NCBI RefSeq assembly: GCF_044358365.1
Contig: NZ_JBIKNZ010000007.1
Location: 9,488 to 73,487, forward strand
DNA from: Phenylobacterium sp.
GTDB lineage: Bacteria; Pseudomonadota; Alphaproteobacteria; Caulobacterales; Caulobacteraceae
Reading direction: 5' to 3'
Length of the DNA: 64,000 nt
The notes below the pieces were generated by a model that was not told where the DNA came from, made no database searches, and was given only the letters and a program-made list of their open reading frames with translations. Positions 9,359 through 18,414 of this stretch are shown one piece after another. Numbering within the stretch: the first letter of the stretch is position 1; every line of letters starts with the position of its first letter. Both the position numbers and the translations under genes were made by a program.

Positions 9359-10826
9359 CGGCGGCGACCGTCTGCGCCGACGTTCGCCAATCCGAAGCGA
9401 CGGCGGCGTAGAGCCGGATCATGTCGAGGTCATACTGACCCTGAGAGCGGGCGACGGTCTGCCGTGCCCGGTTCACCAGCTGCTGCACCTCAACCACCTG
9501 GCGCAGGCTCGCACCGCCCAGATCATAGGCTGCGTGTGCGGTGCGTAACTTGCCTTCTTCGGCTGCCAGCGAACGGCGATCCGCCTCCAGTTCCGCGTGG
9601 TCGGAACTCGCGGCGGAGAGTGCGTCGCTGACCTGCACGAACGCTCTGAGGACGGTCGACTGATATCGCGCCAGAGCGACCCGCGCCTCCGCCTCGGCTG
9701 CGCGCTGGCGGGCCTTTAGCGTTCCGCCGTTGAACACCGGCGCCGACAGGCCGGAGAACAGGTTCCAGCCACTGCCGCTGTAGCCGAACAGCCCCTCGGG
9801 TGTGGTCGCCGTCTGGGTCAGAGTCGCGGTCAGGCGGATGTCCGGGTAGCGGTTGGCCTGGGCGATTCCTATCGCGGCAGTGGCGGCGTGCAGTTCCGCT
9901 TCAGCGGCGAGGATATCGGGTCGAGTACGGACAAGGGCTGATGGAAGGGCGACGGGAACGTCGGCGACGGCCTGCGCAGGATCCAGGGCGAAGTCCGGTG
10001 GCGTCCATTCTGCGGGGGCGCGTCCGACGAGCAGCGCCAGCTGATGGCGCGCGGAGGCCAGGTCTTTCTGCAGGCGAGGCAACGACGCCTCGCTGTCAGT
10101 CAATTGCCGGTAGATCAGCACCAGATCGGAGAGGGGGACGCCGCCCTCCGCCTGGGCCGCCCTGACCATCTCGAAGATCCGGCGGTCGTCGGCGATGACG
10201 GCCTCGATCGCGGTGATCTGGGCCCGAAGCGCGGCGATGGTCATGGCCTGACGCGCGACGTTGGCCGTCAGCGTCAACCGGGCGGCGTCGGCCTCATGGC
10301 GCGCCACCTCCACCATGGCCCGGGCCTGCTCTGTCGCCCGCCGGCGGGCGCCGAACAGATCGAGGTCGTAGTTCACGTTCCCACCGACCGAAAGCAGCCC
10401 GATCGTCGGTGGCGTGAAGCCGGAGAAGCCGAACAGCTTGGAGTTAATCCGGGTCTTCCTGGCGCTGGCATTGAGGTCAGCTTGCAGCCGCTGTTGGCCT
10501 CGGGCGGAATCCGCCTCGGCCTGGGCGCGTTCCAGGGCGGCATTGGCTTCGGCCAGGCCTTGGTTGTTGGCCAGCGCCAACTGCATGACCTCGTCCAGCC
10601 CCGCCAGGCCAAGGGCCCGCCACCAGGGGCCGTTGGGTGAGGCGACCGGATCGAGGCGCACGCCAGGCGGCGTGGCGTCCCCCTTCATGGCGTATCCAAC
10701 GGCAGCGGCGCCTTGCGGCGGGGCGGGCGTCTCGAAATTCGGGCCAGCGGTCGTGCAGGCGCCTGTTGCAAGCGCCAGGGCGATCACCCACGTCGCGCGA
10801 GATTGAAGCTCAGGGCGCCCGGGCAT
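9348..10826 (-). CDS. Efflux outer-membrane factor lipoprotein (NodT/TolC family)
   Basis: Lipobox-like TGAC, YDLDLFG, LVRTRPDILAAE, two OEP repeats. Confidence 0.9.
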   Translation of the reverse strand: MPGRPELQSRATWVIALALATGACTTAGPNFETPAPPQGAAAVGYAMKGDATPPGVRLDPVASPNGPWWRALGLAGLDEVMQLALANNQGLAEANAALERAQAEADSARGQQRLQADLNASARKTRINSKLFGFSGFTPPTIGLLSVGGNVNYDLDLFGARRRATEQARAMVEVARHEADAARLTLTANVARQAMTIAALRAQITAIEAVIADDRRIFEMVRAAQAEGGVPLSDLVLIYRQLTDSEASLPRLQKDLASARHQLALLVGRAPAEWTPPDFALDPAQAVADVPVALPSALVRTRPDILAAEAELHAATAAIGIAQANRYPDIRLTATLTQTATTPEGLFGYSGSGWNLFSGLSAPVFNGGTLKARQRAAEAEARVALARYQSTVLRAFVQVSDALSAASSDHAELEADRRSLAAEEGKLRTAHAAYDLGGASLRQVVEVQQLVNRARQTVARSQGQYDLDMIRLYAAVASDWRTSAQTVAAAKP

Positions 10827-11865
10827 CAGCGGCCTTCTGCGGCTGGGCGCGAATGTCCACCTTCACCGTGGCCGAGAGGCCTGCGGCGAGGTCGCGGGTG
10901 GGGGTGTCCAGTTCGATCCGAACCGGCAGGCGCTGTGTGACCTTGACCCAGTTCCCGGTGGCGTTCTGGGCGGGAAGTGCGGAGAAGGCCGCACCGGTGC
11001 CGGGTGAGAAACTGGCGACATGACCTCGTAACCCGGCGTCGGGGCGAGCGTCCACGTTGATCTCTACGGGTTGGCCGACCTTCATTCCGGCCAACTGGTC
11101 TTCCTTGAAGTTGGCCTCGATCCAGGGTTTTCCAGACAGCAGCCAGAATGCGGTCTGAGAGGCGTTGAGATAGGTTCCGACAGGCATCTGCTGAACCCGG
11201 GCCACCACACCGTCAGCCGGAGCGGTAACCGTGGCGTCGGATACTGACAGTTCCGCCCTGTCAAGCTGGGCCCGGGCCTGCATCACCGCCGGCGCGGCGT
11301 CGGTAGCCAGGTTTGGGTCCCCGCCGAGGCCTGCCAACGCCTGGGCGGCAGCCTGCTGGGCCGCAGCCAGTTGTCCGCGCGCCAGCGTCGCTGTGTGAAC
11401 GGCCTGATCCACCTGGAGCTGGGAGATGACCCCCACCCTGAACAGCTTGCGCAAGCGTTCTGCCTCTCGCTGGGAGAAGGCCAAAGTCTCGCGCGCGGCT
11501 TCGACGTTGGCGGCCTGGACCCGGTAGGCGGCGCGCAAGGTGTCCACCTGCATCCGTGCGCCGGCCAGTTGCGCGGCGGCGGCCTGAGCGGCGGCCTGAT
11601 GATCGCGGACATCCAGCCGGAACAGGACCTGGCCGCGCTTCACGACCTGGTTCTCCGTCACATAGATCTCGGTCACCCGTCCGCTGATCGAGGGCGCGAC
11701 CGGCGCCTTGGCGATCTGGACATAGGCGTCGTCGGTTGTCTGGTAGCGACCGCTCAGCATGAAGTAGGCGATGACGCCGCCGAGAATCAGCACCGGTCCG
11801 GCGATGATCAGCGGCCATCGCCAACGGCGTCGGCGAGGCGGCTCTGTGGGATTTGTAGCGGTCAT
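10810..11865 (-). CDS. emrA: EmrA-like membrane fusion protein (HlyD family)
   Basis: N-terminal TM, TDDAYV, ANFKEDQL, PAQNATGNWVKVTQRLPVRI (EmrA signature). Confidence 0.88.
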   Translation of the reverse strand: MTATNPTEPPRRRRWRWPLIIAGPVLILGGVIAYFMLSGRYQTTDDAYVQIAKAPVAPSISGRVTEIYVTENQVVKRGQVLFRLDVRDHQAAAQAAAAQLAGARMQVDTLRAAYRVQAANVEAARETLAFSQREAERLRKLFRVGVISQLQVDQAVHTATLARGQLAAAQQAAAQALAGLGGDPNLATDAAPAVMQARAQLDRAELSVSDATVTAPADGVVARVQQMPVGTYLNASQTAFWLLSGKPWIEANFKEDQLAGMKVGQPVEINVDARPDAGLRGHVASFSPGTGAAFSALPAQNATGNWVKVTQRLPVRIELDTPTRDLAAGLSATVKVDIRAQPQKAADARAP

Positions 11866-12353
11866 GATCCGGCCTCTTCGTCCGGTGTTTCGATCTTCAT
11901 CTCAGCAAGGCGCACACGTACCCGCTCCAGGCTGGTCTGTAGCAATCCCAGCTCGTGCTCGGACAGATCGCGGAAACAATCGGCCTGCAATTCATCGGAC
12001 GTTGCGAACATCACCGGGATCAGTTCGCGCGACAGCGGCGTCAGATGCACGCGCCATTTTCGGCGATCCGACGGGTCGGCCCGTCGCTCCACGTGACCGC
12101 TTTTCTCCAGCCGGTCGACCGTCTCGCCCAACGCGACCCTGCTGATTTCGAGACGCTCCGCCAGCGCCGCCTGGGTCAGACCGTCCTGACGCGACAGATA
12201 GGCCAGTGCCCGCCAGGTCGCCGTCGTCAGCCCCAGCTTGCGCATCCGCACATCGAAGTGGGCCCTGAGCAGGCGCGTGACCTCTGCAAGACCGAAACCG
12301 ATCTCGTAGCGGGCGTTCGACCCTTCCCGCAGCACAGCTGTCGGCGCGTCCAT
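11862..12353 (-). CDS. MarR family transcriptional regulator
   Basis: LTQAALAERLE..., LEKSGHVERRADPSDRR; overlaps emrA by 4 nt. Confidence 0.9.
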   Translation of the reverse strand: MDAPTAVLREGSNARYEIGFGLAEVTRLLRAHFDVRMRKLGLTTATWRALAYLSRQDGLTQAALAERLEISRVALGETVDRLEKSGHVERRADPSDRRKWRVHLTPLSRELIPVMFATSDELQADCFRDLSEHELGLLQTSLERVRVRLAEMKIETPDEEAGS

Positions 12354-12453
12354 ATCGATCCGTTTTTCAACTAGACGTCATCGCCTTTGAATGTAATGGA
12401 CCTTATCGTCAAGTGCCTTCCTAGAGAGGCCGTTTCAGGGTCGAGACCGGTTC

Positions 12454-13977
12454 GTGGCCACCGCGAAGGACATCAAGAACCGGATTCCCATCACCGGCGC
12501 CCTGATGCTGGCGACCTTGATGAACACGCTCGACTCCACCATCGCCAACGTCGCCTTGCCGCACATCCAGGGCAGTGTCTCGGCGGCGCAGGACCAGATC
12601 ACCTGGGTGCTGACCTCCTACATCATCGCCACGGCGATCATGACCCCGCTGTCCGGCTGGCTTTCGCAGCGGATCGGGCGGAAAAAGATGTTTCTGTACT
12701 CGGTCGCCGGCTTCACCCTGGCCTCCGTGCTGTGTGGCACGGCGACCAGTCTGCCTGAGATCGTGATCTATCGCCTGCTGCAGGGCATCGCGGGCGCCTC
12801 GCTGATTCCGCTGTCACAGGCGACCATGCTGGATCTCTACCCCCAGCACATGATCCCCCGGGTTATGAGCCTGTGGAGTGCGGCGATAATTCTCGGGCCA
12901 GTGATCGGCCCCAGCCTGGGGGGCTGGCTGACCGAGACCCTGAGCTGGCGCTGGGTTTTCTACATCAATGTGCCGATCGGCATCCTGGCGTTCCTCGGCA
13001 TCCAGACCTACATGGACACGGATGAGGGCGGGCGACAGCGGCCCTTCGACTTTCTGGGTTTCGGGGCGCTCACCCTGTTTGTCGGCAGCTTCCAGCTGAT
13101 GCTGGATCGGGGGCCAGGCCAGGACTGGCTGGAGTCCCGGGAGATCATTCTCACCGCCGCGATCACGGCCGCAGGCCTCTATGTCTTTGTCGCCCAAAGC
13201 TTGACGTCGAAGAACCCCTTTTTCCATCGAGATCTGGCGCGAGACGCCAACTTCGTGGGCTCGGCGGTGTTTGGCTTCTTCATAGGCATCCTGCTGTTCT
13301 CTACCACCGCATTGCTGCCGCTCCTGATGCAGAACCTGATGGGTTACTCCGCGCTGCAGAGCGGTTGGGCCAGCATGCCGCGCGGCCTGGGTTCGCTGAT
13401 CGCCTTCCTGGCCGTGCCGTTTCTGGTCTCGCGGTTCGGCGCCAGGCAGGTGCTGGTCGTAGGCGTCCTCGTTTCGGCCTATTCGCTTTGGGATATGAGC
13501 CACTTCGACCTTAGCATGACGGCTACGCCGATCATGGTCACCGGCTTTGTCCAGGGCCTGGGCACCGGCCTTATGTTCGCCCCGTTGAGCGCGCTGGGCT
13601 ACGCCACCCTGAGCCCGGTTCACCGCACCGAGGGCACCATCATCGCCACCATGGCCCGGACCCTGGGCTCGAGCGTCGGCATCTCGGTGGTCCAGGCCCT
13701 GCTGATCAACAACAGCGCACTCGCCCACGCCCGTATCACCGAGCGGGTGGCGATCGGCGATCCCGTTCTGGCCGCCGCCCTGCCGCCCGCCTACAGCCCG
13801 GCGACGACGGAAGGCCTGCAGATCCTGAACGCCGAGGTAACCCGGCAGGGCGCCATGGTAGGCTACGACAATCTCTTCAGCTGGATGGCGGTGGCCGCGC
13901 TGATCCTGCTGCCGATGATCTTTGTGATGCGGGCGACCCCGGCAGCCCCCAGCCGCGCCGAGCCGCCGGCCGACTGA
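12454..13977 (+). CDS. emrB: DHA2 (EmrB/QacA) 14-TMS MFS efflux permease
   Basis: LDSTIANVALP, WVLTSY, GPVIGPSLGG, WRWVFYINVP. Confidence 0.9.
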   Translation: MATAKDIKNRIPITGALMLATLMNTLDSTIANVALPHIQGSVSAAQDQITWVLTSYIIATAIMTPLSGWLSQRIGRKKMFLYSVAGFTLASVLCGTATSLPEIVIYRLLQGIAGASLIPLSQATMLDLYPQHMIPRVMSLWSAAIILGPVIGPSLGGWLTETLSWRWVFYINVPIGILAFLGIQTYMDTDEGGRQRPFDFLGFGALTLFVGSFQLMLDRGPGQDWLESREIILTAAITAAGLYVFVAQSLTSKNPFFHRDLARDANFVGSAVFGFFIGILLFSTTALLPLLMQNLMGYSALQSGWASMPRGLGSLIAFLAVPFLVSRFGARQVLVVGVLVSAYSLWDMSHFDLSMTATPIMVTGFVQGLGTGLMFAPLSALGYATLSPVHRTEGTIIATMARTLGSSVGISVVQALLINNSALAHARITERVAIGDPVLAAALPPAYSPATTEGLQILNAEVTRQGAMVGYDNLFSWMAVAALILLPMIFVMRATPAAPSRAEPPAD

Positions 13978-13991
13978 CCAACGAAGGACCC

Positions 13992-14816
13992 ATGACCGCA
14001 ACGACCACCCACGCCATGCCCCTCACCGCCGTCTCCCCCGGACGGTGGACGACGATCGCCGCGCCGGAATGGAACAATCCCGGCGGGGGGCTTTGGGGCG
14101 GTTACGCCATCGGCCTGTTCATCCGGGTGCTGGAGGCCGAGCCCGATGCGGTGGGCGAGGCGCTGTCGCTGACCCTGACCTATGCCGCCGGCCTGCCCGC
14201 GGGCCCGCTCGACATCCGTACCCGGCGCCTGAGACAGGGCGGGTCCATCGGCGTGTGGGAGGTAGAACTGCTGGCGTCCGGCTCGGACCAGGTGGGGGTG
14301 CATGGCATCGTCACCCTGGCCAGGCGACCAGAGACCCCGGCCTTCGCCTTCGCCAGGATGCCCGAGGCGCCGGACCCCGACAGCTTGCCCAGCCCGATCA
14401 TGCCCGGCGCCTCTCAACACTATGGTGCATCCGCCTTCGAACGTCGGACACTGGAGGAGTTTCCGCCGCAAGCCAGCGGCGATTCCTACACGCTGGCCTG
14501 GGTGCGTTCGCGCAACGGTCCGATGGACAAGGCGCGACTGGGGATGGTCACTGACAATTCCGCGCCGCGCGCCATGTATGCGCTGGGCCGCACGATCATG
14601 ACCACCACACTGACCCTGACCGCCTATCTGCACGCCACCTCCGAGGAACTGGCCGCAGTCGGCGAGGACTTCATCCTGGTGGAGTGCGAAGGCAGGGTCG
14701 GCGGTGGGGGCGCCTCGGACGAGCGCTCTAGCTACTGGAGCCGCGACGGCAGGCTGCTGGCCACCAGTGAGCAATTGGCCTGGTACCGACCGCTGACGCG
14801 GAGCCCATCCGAATAG
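13992..14816 (+). CDS. TesB-like double-hotdog acyl-CoA thioesterase family protein
   Basis: GLWGGY, RRLRQG, WSRDGRLLATSEQL. GAAGGA RBS; 14 nt after emrB. Confidence 0.8.
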   Translation: MTATTTHAMPLTAVSPGRWTTIAAPEWNNPGGGLWGGYAIGLFIRVLEAEPDAVGEALSLTLTYAAGLPAGPLDIRTRRLRQGGSIGVWEVELLASGSDQVGVHGIVTLARRPETPAFAFARMPEAPDPDSLPSPIMPGASQHYGASAFERRTLEEFPPQASGDSYTLAWVRSRNGPMDKARLGMVTDNSAPRAMYALGRTIMTTTLTLTAYLHATSEELAAVGEDFILVECEGRVGGGGASDERSSYWSRDGRLLATSEQLAWYRPLTRSPSE

Positions 14817-14824
14817 GCGCGGGA

Positions 14825-14986
14825 TCAGACCCGTAAACCGCCGTACAGATACAACAACACCAGAACGACGAGGATCAGGCCGAGCACCCCGCCCAGGCCA
14901 GGCATGCCATAGCTGCGGTGCGCATAGTATCCGCCGCCGCCGCCGAACAGCACAACCAGAATGATGATAATCAGGATGAGAGACAC
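14825..14986 (-). CDS. Small membrane protein (DUF3309-like, 53 aa)
   Basis: MSLILIIIILVVLFGGGGGYY...GGVLGLILVVLVLLYL; two hydrophobic stretches; AGGTGG before GTG. Confidence 0.7.
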   Translation of the reverse strand: MSLILIIIILVVLFGGGGGYYAHRSYGMPGLGGVLGLILVVLVLLYLYGGLRV

Positions 14987-15070
14987 GGGCCACCTGCCGG
15001 GATCGCCCCGCACAAGCGCCGGAGCCAGACCTTAACCCGAGAGGGCGCGGAGTGTTCCCGAAACGATGAC

Positions 15071-16378
15071 TTAGCCCGCCTTCGCCTTCGGCCAGTCCGG
15101 CATGGAGATCTTGACCGGCGCTCCGGCGTCCGTCGTGGCCAGATGCAGCAGGAAGCTGGCGATGCCAGCCGCGCCCTGCATGTAGCCGGTCTGGGCCTGC
15201 AGGAATTCAGGCCGGTCGCGGTGCTCGCCGTGTCGCCAGCTGCGGCCCGTTTCGCCCTGCTCGGCGTTGGCGACGATGACGTCGGCGCAACGGGCCGCAA
15301 GATCACGATAGGCCGGCTCCCCGGTGCGAGCCGCCATCAACAGGGCGAAGTCGCCCACGCCGGCGTCGCCGCAGCACTGGCCGTGGTTGTTCCAGAAACC
15401 CTTGGAGCGGGTTTCTGGCGCGCCTGTCGAGACAAGGCCATCCACCAGCGATCGGGCGGCGTCCAGCCACTGGGTCTCGCCAGTGACGTCGTACAGTTCC
15501 AGCAGCAGGCGGCCGGTGCCGGCCGGTCCGTGACAGGCGCCCAGGTAGAAGATCGGCTTGCGGGCCTCTTCGGTATGGCAGACCAGGCGTCCCGAGGGCC
15601 CTGCGGCGGTCGCGCGGCTCATCGTGTAGCGGGCAGCCTCGCGGGCGGCGTCTAGATAGCGGGGCTCACCGGTGGCGCGGTGCAACTGGAGCAGGAAATA
15701 GCCCACGCCGGCGCCGCCATGGGCGAAGTTGGGCGCGGTGAATTCAAACGGCATGTCGCTCATCATCCGCCAGCGCAGGCCGTCCGGGTCTGATTCAGAG
15801 ACCTCAAGCAGGCGTTCGCCTACGGCCACGGCATGATCGAGCGCGGCGGCATGCAGGCCCTGTTCGTGAGCGTAAAGCAGGATCAGTCCGGCCCCTGCAG
15901 CGCCAACGGACTGGTCATAGATTTCCCGGTCGCCCTTGAGGCCGGTAATGTCGGAGAATGGCATGGGCTCGATCCAGCCGATTCCGGCGCCCAGTTTCGC
16001 GGCCTGGCTGTGCAGCCGGTCCAGGCACATCGCGGCGGTGGCGCGAAAGTCGTCGCGGCCGCTGGCGCGCGCAAGCTCGTTTAGCGCAAACGCGTAGCCG
16101 GGCCAACCGGTGGAGGGGCTGACGGACAGCCAGTCCTTGCGCTGCAGATAGGTCTGCACCTCTTCGCCTGCCGCGACGGCTTCGGCCAGGGCGCCGGTGT
16201 CCTGGCCCGCCGCGTGCAGTTCCAGCAACAACAGGATGATGCCGCTCGAGCCGTGATAGAGGCTGTAGTCCGAGCCCGCCGCTGGCGCGTCATGCCGACG
16301 CCACTTGGCGCGGCCCTCGATCTTCTGGGCCCGGATGAACCTGACCGCGTCCAGCGCGGCTGAAAGATGGGCGTTCAT
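15071..16378 (-). CDS. Stand-alone lanthionine synthetase C-like (LanC/LanCL) protein
   Basis: Seven GxxG helix-loop motifs: SLYHGSSG, TGWPG, YDQSVGAAG, NFAHGGAG, ACHGPAG, QCCGDAG, GYMQGAAG. Confidence 0.88.
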   Translation of the reverse strand: MNAHLSAALDAVRFIRAQKIEGRAKWRRHDAPAAGSDYSLYHGSSGIILLLLELHAAGQDTGALAEAVAAGEEVQTYLQRKDWLSVSPSTGWPGYAFALNELARASGRDDFRATAAMCLDRLHSQAAKLGAGIGWIEPMPFSDITGLKGDREIYDQSVGAAGAGLILLYAHEQGLHAAALDHAVAVGERLLEVSESDPDGLRWRMMSDMPFEFTAPNFAHGGAGVGYFLLQLHRATGEPRYLDAAREAARYTMSRATAAGPSGRLVCHTEEARKPIFYLGACHGPAGTGRLLLELYDVTGETQWLDAARSLVDGLVSTGAPETRSKGFWNNHGQCCGDAGVGDFALLMAARTGEPAYRDLAARCADVIVANAEQGETGRSWRHGEHRDRPEFLQAQTGYMQGAAGIASFLLHLATTDAGAPVKISMPDWPKAKAG

Positions 16379-16455
16379 GGCGACGTTCCCTCGGTTCCCT
16401 TGGCCTGTCTGCCGCCGTTGACCGGTCGTGCAGCCTTGAGCGGCCTTGAGCAGTC

Positions 16456-16992
16456 CTAGACCGAACCGACCGCCACGCCCATCATCGAGGTGGCTTCCTC
16501 TCGCCAGTCCTTGCGGGTGCGCGCGTACAGCAGGCAGTCGGCGGGATCGCCGTCGCCGAAGCCGGCGCTGCGCAGCAGGCCCTCGCGGGTGAAGCCGCAC
16601 CGTTCGGCCAGCTTCCACGACGCGGTATTCCAGGCCTCGATGATCAATTGCTGGCGATAGACTGCGGGACGCTCGGTGAACAAAAGGTCGGAAAACGCCC
16701 TCACGGCTGGCGGCGCGAGGCCGTGTCCGCGGTGGGCCGGATCGTGCAGGATGTAGCCCAGTTCGAAGCCATGAATGCAGGGCGCCGCGCGGTAGAACTG
16801 GCAGGTGCCGACCATGCGTCCGTCCTTCACGATGGCCATGGCGCCCGCCTCATCGGTCCAGAAGCCTGTGGCCTCGAAGGTTGCGCGCAGAGCGCCTGCA
16901 TCAGTCAGCGGCTCGCGGATCGAAACTGTGAACGGGAAGCGGGCGATCTGCTCAAGGTCATCCGATTGAATGCGGCGCAGGGTCGCGGTCAT
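16456..16992 (-). CDS. GNAT N-acetyltransferase (RimJ/RimL-like)
   Basis: ELGYIL..HRGHG, NTASWKLAERCGFTREGLLR. Confidence 0.85.
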   Translation of the reverse strand: MTATLRRIQSDDLEQIARFPFTVSIREPLTDAGALRATFEATGFWTDEAGAMAIVKDGRMVGTCQFYRAAPCIHGFELGYILHDPAHRGHGLAPPAVRAFSDLLFTERPAVYRQQLIIEAWNTASWKLAERCGFTREGLLRSAGFGDGDPADCLLYARTRKDWREEATSMMGVAVGSV

Positions 16993-17042
16993 GGCAGCCT
17001 TGCCAAAATGAGGACGCGCGTGACGGCGCTTTGGGGCCGGGT

Positions 17043-18311
17043 TTAGATCAGGCTCAAAAAGAACACCACCGTAGCCACGGCCATGACCCCGGTGGCAGCC
17101 CAGCCCAGCACCGCCGCGCCAGGCGAGAGGGTGAGACGGCCCATCGCCAGGGGGTTCCGGACGATCAGCATCATCGCCGCCATCAGCGGCGCGGCGAGCA
17201 CGCCATTGACGACGGCGGCCCAGTAGAGGGCCTTGGCCGGGTCAATCCCGATGAAGTTGAGCGAGGCGCCCAGCAGGGTCGTTACCGCGATCGTGGCGTA
17301 GAATAGCCGGGCGCGCAGCGGCTTGGCGTCTAGACTGCCTGCCACGCCGACCATCTCTGTGACCGCATAGGCCGCCGACCCTGCCAGCACCGGAACCGCC
17401 AGCATGCCGGTGCCGATAATGCCCAGGGCGAACAGGGCGAAGGCGAAGGGGCCGGCGATGGGCCTAAGCGCTTCGGCGGCCTGCGCCGAGGTCGTGATGT
17501 CGGTGATGCCATGTGCGTTGAGGGTTGCCGCTGTGGCGTAGACGATGGCCAGCGAGACCAGAGTGGAGAACCCCATGCCCACCAGAGTGTCCAGCCGGAT
17601 GCGCTTCAGTTCCGGACCGGCCTCGCGCGGGGTGATGCACAGGGGCTTGGCATGGTGGCGGTGTTGTTCCTCGATCTCCTGCGCGGCCTGCCAGAAGAAC
17701 AGGTAGGGGCTGATCGTGGTGCCCAGGATGGCGACCACGGCCATGGCATAAGCCGGGGTCCACTGGATTTCCGGGATCACCAGCGCCGTCAGGGCCCGGC
17801 CCCAGGGCACATCGGCGACCATCACAACGGCGAAATAGGAAAACAGCGAAAGCGTCGTCCATTTCAGCAGCGAGGCATAGCGGGCGTAGTTCAGGGCGAC
17901 TTCGATCACGACGCAGACCACACCAAACATCAGGGTGTAAAGCGCGCCGCTACCCCCCAGCAGCAAAGCCAGCGCCGCCCCCATGGCCCCCAGGTCCGCG
18001 CCCAGATTGACGATGTTGGCGATCAGCAGCAGCAGGACCACGCTCCAGAGCAGGGGCCTGGGATAGTGACGGCGAAGGTTGCGCGCGATCCCGGCGCCGG
18101 TGACGCGGCCGATCAGCGCGGCGACCTCCTGGATCACCACCATCAGCGGAAAACTCAGGACAAAGGTCCAGGCCAGACCATAGCCGAACTCGGCCCCCAC
18201 CTGGCTGTGGGTGCCGATGCCGCTCGGGTCATCGTCCGCTGCGCCGGTAATCAATCCCGGCCCCAACTGCGAGAAGAACCGGCGCAGGCGTGACGGCTCG
18301 GGTTTGTCCAT
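17043..18311 (-). CDS. NRAMP-related divalent cation transporter (non-canonical DPSG/TISPY subfamily)
   Basis: LGPGLITGAADDDPSGI, LGTTISPYLFFWQ, about 11 hydrophobic segments. Confidence 0.85.
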   Translation of the reverse strand: MDKPEPSRLRRFFSQLGPGLITGAADDDPSGIGTHSQVGAEFGYGLAWTFVLSFPLMVVIQEVAALIGRVTGAGIARNLRRHYPRPLLWSVVLLLLIANIVNLGADLGAMGAALALLLGGSGALYTLMFGVVCVVIEVALNYARYASLLKWTTLSLFSYFAVVMVADVPWGRALTALVIPEIQWTPAYAMAVVAILGTTISPYLFFWQAAQEIEEQHRHHAKPLCITPREAGPELKRIRLDTLVGMGFSTLVSLAIVYATAATLNAHGITDITTSAQAAEALRPIAGPFAFALFALGIIGTGMLAVPVLAGSAAYAVTEMVGVAGSLDAKPLRARLFYATIAVTTLLGASLNFIGIDPAKALYWAAVVNGVLAAPLMAAMMLIVRNPLAMGRLTLSPGAAVLGWAATGVMAVATVVFFLSLI

Positions 18312-18414
18312 ATCACCCGTCTAGGCCTCGAAGGCTTTTCGCGACTTGAGAAATGCCAAGGCCGGATCGGGTCGAAGGCGAAGGCGACTGACAGCGCGAT
18401 CTTTTCGCGGCACG

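Noticed and set aside
9348-11865. HlyD-family and OMF genes as the T1SS for the RTX protease
   Set aside because: The adaptor has the EmrA signature and pairs with a DHA2 MFS; no T1SS ABC transporter is present.
12391-12407. MarR operator (ATGTAATGGACCTTATC)
   Set aside because: The location is plausible but the dyad symmetry is too weak to call.
14825-14986. Small ORF next to LanC as a lanthipeptide precursor
   Set aside because: It has no Cys and only two Ser, and looks like a two-helix DUF3309-type membrane protein.
16385-16453. Short direct repeats (GTTCCCT x2; C(A/G)GCCTTGAG x2) between GNAT and LanC
   Set aside because: Two copies each, short, and compatible with chance; no array structure or matching regulator.
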